Of a stretch of DNA of 64,000 bases, positions 37,451 to 50,600 are shown one piece after another. Within the stretch, counting starts at the first letter, position 1. The number at the start of each line of letters is the position of its first letter. Source of the stretch: Macrostomum lignano (lineage: Eukaryota). Location of the stretch: contig NIVC01000082.1 of NCBI GenBank assembly GCA_002269645.1, positions 124,001-188,000 of the forward strand, given 5' to 3'. The notes beneath the pieces were generated by a model that saw only the letters and a program-made list of their open reading frames with translations, was not told where the DNA came from and did no database searches. A program made the translations under genes and the position numbers.

Positions 37451-40385
37451 ATCACAAAACAGCGACAGCGTCGATTAGCTGCTGCGGGAACCCGCCGGTA
37501 TAGGCTCGAAGGACGAAGGGACATGCATGAATACAATTCATACTTATATACTATACGTGCACTCTGCATATTTATGACATGAAATTGGTACCAACGAAAA
37601 AGTTAGTGTAAGGTAAGCTTAAAAATAACATTCATTGGGTCAAGAACTAACCAAGTGAGCGAAAATTCTGACCTGGATATCCAAGCATGCGAGACCGCCG
37701 TATACATGAACGTGAGCTTCGTGTAGAGAATTTGCCGGGCAGGCTTGCCTTCTCGGTCTTCAAAATCTGTTTAAAAAACGATTGTTAAACCTAAAACGGA
37801 GATTCAAGCTAAGTAATTCTATCTAACTAGGGCGTCCGTTTAGTTTTGTTTTAAAATGTAAACAAAAAATACAAAAAATAATTTTTTCATTGAGTCCCGA
37901 ATATCATAAACAAATTCGATATTTTACATTCTTTTCTCTGTATAGACATCACCCGCCGCTGGTAGGCATATTAGGCATATAATTCTGTCCATACATACTT
38001 AACATAATCGGTTAGATTTTAAAAAAATCAAATATTTCATCAACAACTTGATAGTAGCTAGAGTCAATATAATATACATACTGACTGTCAGTTAGTCAGT
38101 GACAGTGTTGTATCTTCAACTCCTGTCCTGTATATATCTGAATCTGTGCACTACATAGGCCTATCGACTAAGCCTATCGTATTTCAATTATTGGTTTAGA
38201 TTTTTAACTTTAGCATTTTGTTGCTTCGTAGTTTTTGTTTGATTTTGACTAGAGTAGGCCCTACTATACAGTACAGATAGCCAAATTCCTGTGGCTGTTA
38301 GTGTTGGCCAACATGATATAGGCCCTATATATGGAGCTATCAAATCAATGCAATTTTTTAACCAAAAATTGGCTGGTAGGCCTATAGAATTTATGGGTCA
38401 GTCAGTGGTCAGTAACTTTGTTGCCAAATTTAGCCAGGCCTAGGCCCTATCATTGAAATTAGAAAGACTTGGCCACCTAGTAGTAGCTATCAACTATTAG
38501 TATCAAGTATCCCTTTTTAGAGCCTATGCCTATTTTAGGCCCTATTATCTAGAACCTGTTTCTTGTCTAGATTCTTATGTTTGTATTTCTATAGGCCTAC
38601 CATTGCCAATATCTTAGGCCCTAGCAAATTTCTCTAATAGGATGTCATTATAGGCCTACTATATTAGGTTAGGAACATTACCATGGATTTTATGGTAGGA
38701 AGGACAAAGCAAAGAACTATATATCCCATGATTAAATTCCTTCATTTCTATTATTTTGAGAATCATGTTATCACTAGGGGCCTACTGATTTTAGTGCTAG
38801 GCTCATTCCATATAAGCATGGTCGTAACATGACAGGCTATTTTTACTTATAAAATGAAATATAATAATAGAATATACTAAACCAATATTTTAAATGAAAG
38901 ATAATTTTGTCAAAAATATTTTTATAGAGTTTCATGTAGATATCATCATTAGTATAGATGCTATTAAACCTTGAATGGCACTTATGGTCGTAACAACAGG
39001 ATTTTTGACATATAGAAACTAAAAGGTAAAAGTCTTATAACATTTTTATTTTTGATATTTTGCAATACATTTTTTAAAATTTGACTAAGAACATCTTTAG
39101 TAATCATACTCTTTTTGTAGAATATATAAACTCAAAAAGGCAACAAAGATACAAAAGAAAAGGCAGCCTTATGGTCGTAACATTATGGTCGTAACATATT
39201 TTTTTCTGTCAATTCAGTAACTTTAAGGTACCAATATATTAAAAATATAATAGATTATTTGGTCACCAATACTTTTATCTGATGATGCAAGTACTATACT
39301 TTTATCTATAGTTTGTTTCAACCTTCCAAAGCTTTCTATTTGTTTTTAAAAGGTACACAAACTTAATGATGTCTTTTGCTTAGAAAAATGTCTAAATTTT
39401 TACAAAAATGACTTTTTGCCACTTGATAGCGTACTAATCTAACATTTTATCATTCATTTATTCTTAGATTGTAGATATTACACATAAAAAACATTTGGTA
39501 AAAAAATTGGCTGATAAAGCAATGGCAAGCAAAAATATTGACTTTTTTCTATTTTCCAAAAATGTCCATCTTATATGGAATGAGCCGCTACAGCTTGTAG
39601 TTACAGCTATATGTAGGCCTAGGCATAGGCCTATTCATTTTAGTGCCATAGGCACTTCTTTTGGCACTGCAAGCACTCATTTTGGCATTGCAAGCTTTCA
39701 GTTTAGCATTGTAGATACTTATTTTGGCAATATAGGCACTTTTTTTGTTGCTAAAAGCACTCATTTTAATATTATAGGTACTTTATATAGTTATAAAAGC
39801 ACTAAAATTTAAAAGGCAGCAAAAATAAGATATAGGCAAACTATAAAAAGATAATTAGAATTATAGGCCTATTTAAATAGGCCTAATTGCCTAACATTGT
39901 TTATATGCATTTAAATAAAACTAGGCATTCAATAAAAATAAAATTTGTTTTTTAATTTTTATTCTATTACTTATTAAGCTTAAAATGTTATTATTTTTAC
40001 TATTATAATGGTTACTATTATTTTCAATATAAATAATTCAATATATAAAACTAATTACAAAATAGCCTAGCCATGCCACCCAACCTAATTGTACTCAAAC
40101 AAGGGTCATTTGATATTTTGGCCTTGGTAATGGTAGATAGCATCTAATGTAGGCATATTACTATATTGAGAGGTAGAGTTATCTCCCCTAATAAAAGCTT
40201 TATCTCCTTAGCCCCATCCTACCTTGTGACCTTTTGTGATAATCAATAATTTTTCTTCAATGTGCCAAAATATTATGTCTTTGCTATTAAAATGAGTGCC
40301 TTTGGCACCAAAATGAGTACCTACAAGGGGTGTTATAAACTGAAACGCCCCTCATATAATGCTAAAATAAATGCCTATCATGCTA

Positions 40386-40703
40386 ATTATCTTTTTAGTT
40401 TTCCTATATCCCATTTTTGCTACCTTTTTAGTGCCTTTATAGCTATGTGAAGTGTGCATCTTAGCAGTTTGTAAAGCCCTCAAGGACTATAAGGACTATA
40501 AGCAAAAAGCTAAAGCTATAAAATATAATGCCAAGTTGTTAAAGCAAAGATTGAAAATGCAAAGAAAACTAGCTATAAGACAGGTATATCCTAGAAAAAA
40601 GGCCTTATAAACTGCTAAGATGCACACTTCACATAGCTATAGAATATAGAGGCACTAAAAAGGCAGCAAAAGGGATATAGGTAAACTATAAAAAAGATAA
40701 ATA
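40386..40703. repeat. Foldback inverted repeat (~95-bp arms, ~120-bp spacer)
   Basis: 33-bp perfect core 40438-40470 versus 40609-40641; a third arm copy lies at ~39795-39870. Confidence 0.85.
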
Positions 40704-41619
40704 TAATTGTAGGCCCTAAATACTGAAGCAACTAACTTTATGCAGTATTAAAAGCATGATTTTATATTCAGACTAGGCCCTAATCCTATTTAGATTTTTT
40801 TGTTAGTTTAATCAACCTTTTTAATTTTTAGCACTGCAAGCAAAGGCTATAAATTTTGAAGGTTTATTATTGATACCTTAAATAGAATTCAAAACTTTCT
40901 ATCTATATACAAAATGACTGGCTTTTTTAGCATTTACCAAGACCTTCTAAAGAGTCTACTTTAGATACCCTTGGTTATTTATTCAATAATTTCAAAATTG
41001 TTAAGCAAAATATATTTTCTTGCTTATTTTGTAATGGAAAATAGCTATTTAAAAAGGTTTAGCTCCTATAGAGGATAGTTACTTTTAAAATATGATTATC
41101 ATATGCCTATATATGATTTTTGATTAGCATAGGCCCCTAGCAATGATATTAGGGATGTAGCCATAACATGGACTAGTAAAAGATCTAGTTGAGTCAGCTT
41201 TGACCTAAGTAAGTCTAAGCCATATTTCCATAGTTATAAACAATAGAACATTTCTTTTCTACAAAAATATTTATAGCCATTATAGTTGTATTTAAACACT
41301 AATTATTATAGACGCCATAAATTTCTATAGCCATAACTAATTATTAATACAATTATCTGTAAGAAAATTGTATATTAAAAAAACAAATATATTACGCTTA
41401 GGATTCTATAAAAACTCAAGCTAGGTTTTGTGTTAAATTTAAAATATTTACCATGATATATCAACTTTTGTTTATAGCACCCTGTTTTTTTCTAAGCTGA
41501 ATGCAATTTTATTTGTTACTATCTTTTATAATCATTAGGATTCTTTAGATTTGATTGCTTCTCTACCATTGTCGAATTTGATAAAAATAATAGTAATTGA
41601 TTGCACCTGCTCTAATGTG

Positions 41620-41871
41620 CAGAGATGCATCTGAAGGCTGTGTATGGCTGTTCAGTCTAAGGTTTGGGGCGCAGTTGCCACATGCACCCTCAATTACCCC
41701 TGCTAATGCTGGCACCCATTTTACAGCTGGGTGAACTGAAGCAATAAAGAGTTGAGAATTAACTAGGGGTTGTAGCCTATTGGTTAGTGTCAGACTTACA
41801 ACTAAAAGGTCAGGGGTTCGATTCTTTGCCCACTTGGAACGATTTGTGTCATTGAGCAACATGCTTAACTC
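41620..41871. mobile_element. Same SINE family, internally inverted (5' half on +, 3' half on -)
   Basis: 41766-41871 is the head (GGTTCGATT B box) forward; 41754-41620 is the 3' half reversed; both halves share (T/C)AACTC at the breakpoint. Confidence 0.75.
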
Positions 41872-42040
41872 AAATTTAAATAGTCTGCAACCATAGATTC
41901 TGCAGACTTCTGCAACTTGTATGTGTCAGAGGCTCATAAGACGCAACATTAAGTACAATTATTACTTCCTTGCATGTGACTGCAATCTCAAATTTGACCT
42001 ACAGAACAGCCATAAACAAGTAAAGAAATCAAAATTAGAG

Positions 42041-43409
42041 ATGTCTCAACAAGCAGGTGGAGATCATGTAGATGAAAGCAATCAGCAGCAGCAACAGCAG
42101 CAGCAGCCAGCAGCTGGTCGAGGCGGCAATCACGATTTTCTCATGTACATGGCCCGATTGGGCACCCTGGTGTTCACTGTTCTGTACCTGTTCACCTCCC
42201 TGCCCGCCTGGCACACCAGGGCCCTGTTAGCGTACGGCGTCGCCTCCGCTTTGAAGCTGCACACCCGAGCTCGAGAGTCCGGTGTCACAATGAATATGGA
42301 CGGCATGCGGCGACTGCTGGCTGAGGATAATGCTCACTACCTGCTGTTTGTGCTCATCTTTGCTATGGCGCCTGCCCCGGTCACTCTGGCTTTGGTCCCT
42401 GTGTTCCTGTTCGCTTTGCTGCACTCCACCGTGTACACCAGGCAGCTGGTGACCAGGCAACAGCTGCCTGTGACTGATCAGGTGCGGGCCGGGGTTCATT
42501 GCTGTTGTAGTCTGGCTTGTTGGTGCGCGTGCACTGAGATGCGCACGTCTAACTTGTTGGTGCGCGTGCACTTAGATGCGCACGTCTGACTGGTTTGGGG
42601 GTTGGGGTTTAGCGCTGCGGCGTGTGCGTGCTTAGGGTGGTTGCACCCACCCCAACTTTAGCAATAAATATATTGGCGCGAGCCAGTGGGGTCTCCTCAC
42701 GTTTTGCTATTCACTGCAACTCAACCCACGGACTTACACTGTTATGGCTGCTGGCTACAGATCTTCGGTTGCTGGGCCAGCCTCCCAGATCCTCAGTTGC
42801 TGGGCCATCCTCCCAGAGTGTCAGTTGCTGGGCCAGCCTCCCAGATCCTCAGTTGCTGGGCCAGCTTCCCAGATCCTCAGTTGCTGGGCCAGCCTCCCAG
42901 ATCCTCAGTTGCTGGGCCAGCTTCCCACATCCTCAGTTGCTGGGTCAGCCTCCCAGATCCTCAGTTGCTGGGTCAGCCTCCCAGATCTCCAGTTGCTGGG
43001 CCAGCCTCCCAGATCCTCAGTTGCTAGGCAACCAGGTGCTAATTACCGCAACTCAAAAAACCCACCGCAGGTGCTCCGCTTGACCAGCTACATCGACCGG
43101 AACACGCGCACCATCCTGACCCTAATCGCTCTGAATGAGATCTTCCTAATGCCAGCAGTTATTCTCATGCTGTTCAATGGCTATGGATCCATTGTCACCC
43201 CGTTCCTGTACTACAAGTTTCTGATCTTGCGCTACTGTTCGAATCGAAATCCCTACAACCGCACGGTGTTCAGAGATCTGCGAATTCGCGCCGAACAATT
43301 CTGCCTGTCGCCCAGCTGCCCCCAGATTGGACAGTCAATTATACGCGGCTTTATCGCTTTCGTACTGCGCTTCTGTCCGCCTGAAGCTCCGCAGAATTAT
43401 GTTTATTAA
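42041..43409 (+). CDS. TMEM33: Transmembrane protein 33 (Pom33/UPF0121 family); exons 42041-42481 and 43071-43409
   Basis: Recognised motifs ALLAYGVASALKLH, LLAEDNAHYL, LVPVFLFALLH, IALNEIFLMP, YYKFL.LRY.S.RNPY.R; phase-0 GT-AG intron. Confidence 0.92.
42762..43027. repeat. 28-bp intronic repeat GCTGGGCCAGCCTCCCAGATCCTCAGTT (TMEM33 intron)
   Basis: About 9 units; same unit as 62742-63487. Confidence 0.97.
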
Positions 43410-46400
43410 GCTATTGAATTAATCTAGCTGGTGAAGAAACTGTGACTGTGTTCGTTGAGACAAAAAATTACCATCAATAATTAATTTTGTCAATGTCCGT
43501 TGTAGTCTACTTCTGGTATCAATGCAGAAAAAAAGCTCTAAAAATATTTCTTTTCAAATTAATTTATTCTACTTAAAGTAGTGCAGGGCAGGAAAGAAAT
43601 AATTTTGTCAATGTTCGTTTTAGTCTACTTATAGTAAAAATAAACCTATATTGTCTAATTTTTTTACTAAAAGTAGTGCAGGGAAGTAACAGAAAATAAA
43701 CATTCTGACTTGATAATTTTTATTTAAGACACGTTTTACGTTCGTCTTGAGTATTTTTCTTTTAACTTTGGCAATAAATCTCCGTTGAGTTTAGATGTGT
43801 CAGTTTTCAAAAATATCCAACTTGTAGTAAAAATGCATTATATTCTCTGTGTAGTACTAGAAGTAGTGTATATGGAGCATTTTGTCGCCGTGTACTTTTT
43901 GTCACCTGTGTTATCTATCCTGAAATTGATTGTTTGGTTTGATTTGTTTACTGAATGAAGCTAAGTTAATCGTAAAATGCAGCTCAAATTGAAATCTAAA
44001 AGATTGAACAAATAATGATGTTTGATAAAATTAAAAATATAAAAGCCTCAAAAAAGATAATTGTTAGCTTATTATATTGTTATATTTATACTTTGTACAA
44101 ATTGCATCATTCTTTATTATATCGATACTAATATAATATAATAATACTATAAGTAGCAGTTAAAATTTGTTGTTGCTCTGTTATTAGTTTTTTGTAAAAT
44201 TTAATGAATTTAATGAACTTTTATGCTGCCGAAATGGTTTTAACCGACATATTCTACGCTTGAAATGAAATACAAACCTAAAATCTTGAAAAAGAACTTG
44301 AAAAATAAAAAAACTAAATGCGCAATGGATTTAATTATCTTTTTATCCTTGATTGTTTACGTTCTACCTGTTGGCCCAGATCAGCTTTGTCTACTGTAAG
44401 TAATATTATTTGCTGTTAATTGCGTTTTTTGTCTTTTTTATTTGTTCTTTAAAATATAGGATTTTGTAAGCCGATCGAACTCCATTGGAACAGGCTGTCG
44501 ATCGCTTCGCTGGGGGCCCGTGCAGTCACAGTGGGGGTGGGGGGCGTTTTACAAACCCGAAATTTAAATGTCAAATTGCATTGGAGAGATAGCTCGTAGA
44601 AGACTATTCAATTTTGTGAAATTTCCGGTTTTTAAAGTTCCTCTGTTTCGGCAGTGTAGTTTCGAGATAATAATTAAGCGCACCACCAGGAATACACAGG
44701 TTCTGGTCTGGTTCAGAACTTTGTGTAAAATTTGTTGCTTCGAGTTTGCCATCCTAACACTTAAACGCCATTTGACATTTAGAGCTCGTTTTCGTGCTCC
44801 CTTGCAGCAGCTTATATAGAATTAATTGAAAAATCTTAAAAAAATTGTCTAGACACACTGGCCGCTGACTGTGCTATATTAAAAGTACTTTAGCTAATTT
44901 TTTATGACAGAAAAACTCTGCTGTAGGTCTAGAATTTTTCGGAGCTTGAAACAACAGCCATGATTTATTCGTTATAATGTTATATTATTTACTTTCACGG
45001 CGAAAAAGTTTCATTAGGGAACGCAACTACCTAATCTCTTGTTGGATGTGGCCTACAGCGTAGATATAATAGCATAAAGTTCAGAAAGCGATCGAATGTA
45101 AAAAATCTACGACTGTGCCCGGCGCTCGGCTGTTTCACTTTCTCGGAAATGATGCAACTAAGGGATCTTTTTAGGGCTTAGTTGAAGGTCATGGTTCGGA
45201 AGAAACAGTTCTCTGCATTGCTGCTAAACCTGAAACTGAGAACCAGATATAAACATGCATAGCTCCGAGTTCTATGGTTGAAACCAGTTTTATTCCTTTC
45301 GGAGGGCTGTGTTGGGCGTGTACGTGTACATTACATGCACACCTGTACACACTGGTTGTACTTCTTGTAAACAAAAGGCAGTTTAAAAAAAGCAACACGC
45401 CGAATACAGCAGCTTTTGTGGCAGGAGCAAAATATTATTTGTTTGACAGTTGAGTTTTTTTCAATCCTGAATTTTATTTTGCGACAGAAATCTTTAAAAA
45501 ATAGACTTTCGAAGATTCGAGAGGTGACCAAATTTGCTATTTGATGAATTCGAACTGAGTAAAAAGAATAACATAGCTCATATTTTGTTAATCAAAGGTG
45601 ACAAACTAGTTAATCGATGATGATAAATAAGAAGCAACATAACGCAACATTGACAAAGTTCGAACTGAACTTTATAAAGTTGAGAAGAGCAGAAACTGCG
45701 GATAAGGGCTGAAAATTCGATAGCAACACAACAGAAATATAATAACTGTTATAATTTCATTTTTAACACAACATTAAAGCGATGGATGATTTGAAAACTT
45801 ATAATTTTGAGCAACACTGGAAACCAAGAGTACACGAAGATCTTTCAATTGTTCGAATTCATTTTTCATCTCAATAAAACTGACAGATTTAAAACACTAT
45901 ATGGTGATATAGATATATGGCTATGCTAATTCTATTAAATAACTTTATGGAATTTAAAAATACCTGACCGGATTACAAATAAATATGAGAACAATAGTTA
46001 TTAGAGTAGATTTATAAATATAAATATATGCGACAACTGTGCCGTGCATTTGCAATCCGGCCGAAGCATTGAATCAAAAGTTTTTTGACAGTTGCTGACA
46101 CAGCTAACATGCAAAATGCCTGGGGTGGAGGGCAGGTGTGATGGAACGCCATTCGATAAAAGCCTTGTTATAATCAGTATTTATTGTAGAAAAGTTTTTT
46201 TTAAATAATTATAATAAATTTTCTTATCAAAAATACGATGAAACAGCATAGAAAACAGTAATTAATTTTTAATATGATCCGTTAATGACACACCTGGATA
46301 AGTTTTGAACTGCACGTGAGATCTGCACTAAAATATAAAAAAGCATTTACTCCATCAAGCTGTAACACATTAATAAAAAAGAATGCAGCAACACTAACAT

Positions 46401-47600
46401 GTTTGTCTACTCTATTTAAAAAACTAACTGCACTTTTAATCAAACTAGATGACGGAATAAAGGTGAAAATTAAACGCATTCTTTGTTCCAATGAATTAAC
46501 CATTTCTGGCTGCAAGCAATTTTAGTAGAAAAGAAAATAATTTGTAGATAAATATTAGATTTGCATCGCCTTATTTTGAATATTATATTATAGAATACTC
46601 ATCGGGTTATTTGAAAAACATAAAAAATACAAAAAACACCATAGACAAATGGCAGATGAATAATTATCAATTTGGGGTGCAACTGCAGAAAAATAAGCTA
46701 TGAAATGTTTCTTTAATATGCCAACGAGCAGCACTAGTTGCTATGCATAATCATAATAATTTATAGGCTATTCAATCCACAGAAGAGTTGGAAATTAAAC
46801 AACATACTTAATAATAATAATAATAATAATATCTACCAAATCGTTTGCATTTCACATCTGAGACTAAATTTGAGTACAATTATTAAAGTAAACTCATAAT
46901 ATGAATATAATTAAGTAGTTTTTCTAGTAAATTATAACTATATTTGGAGACCGAATTGGTCTAATAAACAAAAACCGAGACAGATTAGTAAAACATCAAA
47001 TACATAAAATAGATTTAAAAAAACAATCGGGCAAGCTGCACACGGGGTAAGTTAAAAAGTACGCGCCAAAACTGAGAGCAATAATTAGGGAGGCAGATTA
47101 AAATTAGCACTGTTAAATCTCTTAGATAATTGGTAAGCCAATTGAAATTCTGGGGATAATACACACTACTACTACTACTATGATAATTATATTATAATTA
47201 GTTAAATCGATATAAAACCGGCAGCAGTTAAATCCAAAATGGAAGAGATATTTCTCTATCTTCGCACAATAGATTATAGATGGAAACATATACTACTAGC
47301 AAAGTACATCTTAGTAGTTAAAAATAGCACACGCGAGAATTTAATAATACAGAGGATTTGCACTGCACTGATTATAAAAAAATCGAAATGCTTTTTTATA
47401 TAAATAAATTGGATTATTAGTAATCGATCCGATAGTTAAATACGATAGAAAAATACTTAATTATCTTTCAAAATCCCATTAACTGGATAAAACACTATTT
47501 TTATAATCTTAAAATATTTATTAATCGAGCAACTGAATAATGGCATTAAATTTAGTTAGGATGAAGCCAGCATGAAGCTGCAGCGATGCGTCGAGTGTTT

Positions 47601-50600
47601 CTACATCCAGCCGGGTCCAACCAGTTGCGGCGAGACCTGCTCTTCACTGACCGATTTCTTCATAGCAGGCAGTTGCTGCTGCTGCTGGAAGCCAGGGCCA
47701 ACTGGCATTGGCGGAATCTGCTGCTGCTGCTGCTGCGGATTCCCGTAGCCTCCAAAGCCGGCATCGTCAGCAGCGGCGTTGGTTAAATCGGCGGACGAAT
47801 AGCGCCGGTCGCTCATGCTGTACAGCGAAGCTGCTGGCGGCTGCTGCTGCGGCGGCGGCGGATACCAGGCGCTGGCGTTAACGGCCGACATTAGCAACGG
47901 ATTAACAATCGGGCATTATTGTTAATACTACTATTGCCAGTAGTAGCAGCAGTAGCAGTGCTATTGTTCTGCTGATCGGAGATGCTGCAACGGCTCCACA
48001 TGTCTTCCATGTCGTTGATCAGCTGGCGAACGCTGGCAGCCGAGGCGCCACCGCCGTTGCCGCTGCCGGCAAAGTCGCCGAAGCCTCCGATGCTGCCGCC
48101 AGCCCCTCGGCTAGTCGGCAAGGCTGATGAGGACACAGCGTACTTGCTGATGGCGTCAACTGCGGGAGGGAATAGCAGATGACAGTCTGTCCTTCATTGT
48201 CCTAGCAGTGTCTTTACAACCCCATTGTTGTATTTGTTATTAATAATTAGCAAGGATTTGGAGCCTAGCGGTTAGTGTTTAGAAAGGTCGGGGGTTCAAT
48301 TCTCGACCTACTTAAGTCTCAACAGGAGACTTAACTCTGCATTGCTTCAGTTCACCCAGTTGTAAAATGGGTGCCAGCGACCCCCCCCCTCCAGTCATTG
48401 GACTGAACAGCCAAAAGCAGCCTTCAGATGCGCCGCGCAATAGCTGCGGCTGAGCTGTTGATTGCAATTCTGCCCATCAAGAACTACTTAAGTAGAAGGT
48501 CGGGAGAACTACGTTTTTAGAAAATGTTAAGGAGGCTGGTTTTCGCCGAAAAACACACTAATAGAAAGGCACAACATATCAAAAGATGAACACTGGGACT
48601 GCCTCCTAGCAAAAGCAATAACAATCTTTTCTTATCGCATACATGGGCAACACCCAGCAAAGGTAAGTCGCGAAAATGCCAATCCAAAAATACAGGCGGA
48701 GTACTAATTAGATGACGAGGAATTTAGCCTTAACAAAACAATGATACCAACTCCTGCCGTTTACCCAAATATGCGTTAATCAAGGAGTTGCGCATGTATG
48801 CCTGGACGACTCAATTAGTGTACTCACTTCCGCTCCCAGCAGCAGGTCTAACTGAAGCAGCAGGTCCATTTGCAGCAGAAGATCCGCCGCCGCCGCCATT
48901 CGACGGTCCGACAGTCGTCTTGCGCTGAGTATCCTCAACCTGACGGCGCTGGTGAAAATCGCGCACCAATTTGGAGGCCTCGGCGGAGGGCTCCAGATCG
49001 GGATCGAGCCAGAGGCCCTGGCAGCGCAGAGTGACGTATTCGCAGATGAGCTGTTTAGCAAACTTCACCTTGTCTGTAGCGCCGCAGATGGTGAAATAAG
49101 TTTGCGGCGGCGGCAGGCCAGGAAAGGACTCCTGCTTGCGCGGAGTGGCGATATGCGTGTCTGACAGTTGCTGCACCCAGCGAATCGTTTGCCCGTTGGC
49201 GCCGACAATCAGGCCGACTTTGTCCTGCTCCACGTACAGCCGGTCCTCCATTCGATTCGGCTCGGTGCGCTGCATCCGCTCCTGCTGCACTTTGGTGAAG
49301 TGCTCGCTCATTCGCAGAATGTGACACTTGGCCTGCGGGATAGCGCAGTTCAATTGGGTGGAGTTAAACAATGCTGACCGCAGTGAGTCACTATTAGTCT
49401 ATGACTGGCAGTGAGTCACTCTATTAGTCTGACTGGCAGTGAGTCACTCTATTAGTCTATGACTGGCAGTGAGTCACTATTAATCTATGACTGGCAGTGA
49501 GTCACTCTATTAGTCTATGGCTGGCAGTGAGTCACTCTATTAGTCTATGGCTGGCAGTGAGTCACTCAATTAGTCTGACTGGCAGTGAGTCACTCTATTA
49601 GTCTATGACTGGCAGCGAGTCACTCTATTAGTCTATGACTGGCAGTGAGTCACTCTATTAGTCTATGACTGGCCGTAAGTCACTCTATTAGTCTATGCTG
49701 GCAGTGAGTCACTTTATTAATCTATGACTGGCAGTGAGTCACTCTATTAGTTGGGGTACTTACTTCGGCAAGTTTCTCTGGTAGGCCAGTCACTTCGAAA
49801 ATAGGCGGCTCATCACGAGACGGCGTCTTAACCCACACTTTGAGCTGCTCTCGAAGCTGCTTGATGCGTTGGCCTGGTAGATAAATGATTTTAGTATATG
49901 GGATATAATGATTTTTATGATTTTTATGACCAAGGAAATGACACTTTTTTTAATAAGTTATAAGTAATGTCACTGCACTTAGTGAGACCAAGCGAGTCTC
50001 CATCTGTACAACTTTGCCAACCACCAAGGTTGATGATCAGAATTTTAATGACTTTTTTCCAGCACACTGGGATCTCTGGCCAAATCCAATTCATTTTGTG
50101 GCAGATTGCACTGGTTCTGGCTGCTGGAGGAAAAAAACCTGCAAGGTGGGAAGAAGCTGTACCAGCACTGCCAGAGGGTGATTGATATTGGGGGTGGGGG
50201 CACTATGAAACTATGATTGCTACAGTTTTTGTTCATGTGCGACTGTTTCCACATCAGTGACATTACTTATGACATATCTAAAGACAAAGTAATTTGTAGT
50301 TAAAACTTAAACAAAAGACCTATTATTATCAATTAATACATTTCTGTTGTTTTCAAATAGTGCTCATGACAAAACCATTTTTGATTATATAAGAAACTCA
50401 GTATATTTTTTTTAAATTGGCAATTGCAAATAAGAAGTTTAAACACTCTGGTTTTGATTACAGGAGTAGAAATGCCATTGCCATTGTATCATATATCTTT
50501 TGCATCATTTTTTTATTTAAAAGTCAAGGTACTGTTTCTATGAATGCTTCAATACAAACCAAAATATGGTACACATAGTATATACACATACATTGCCATA

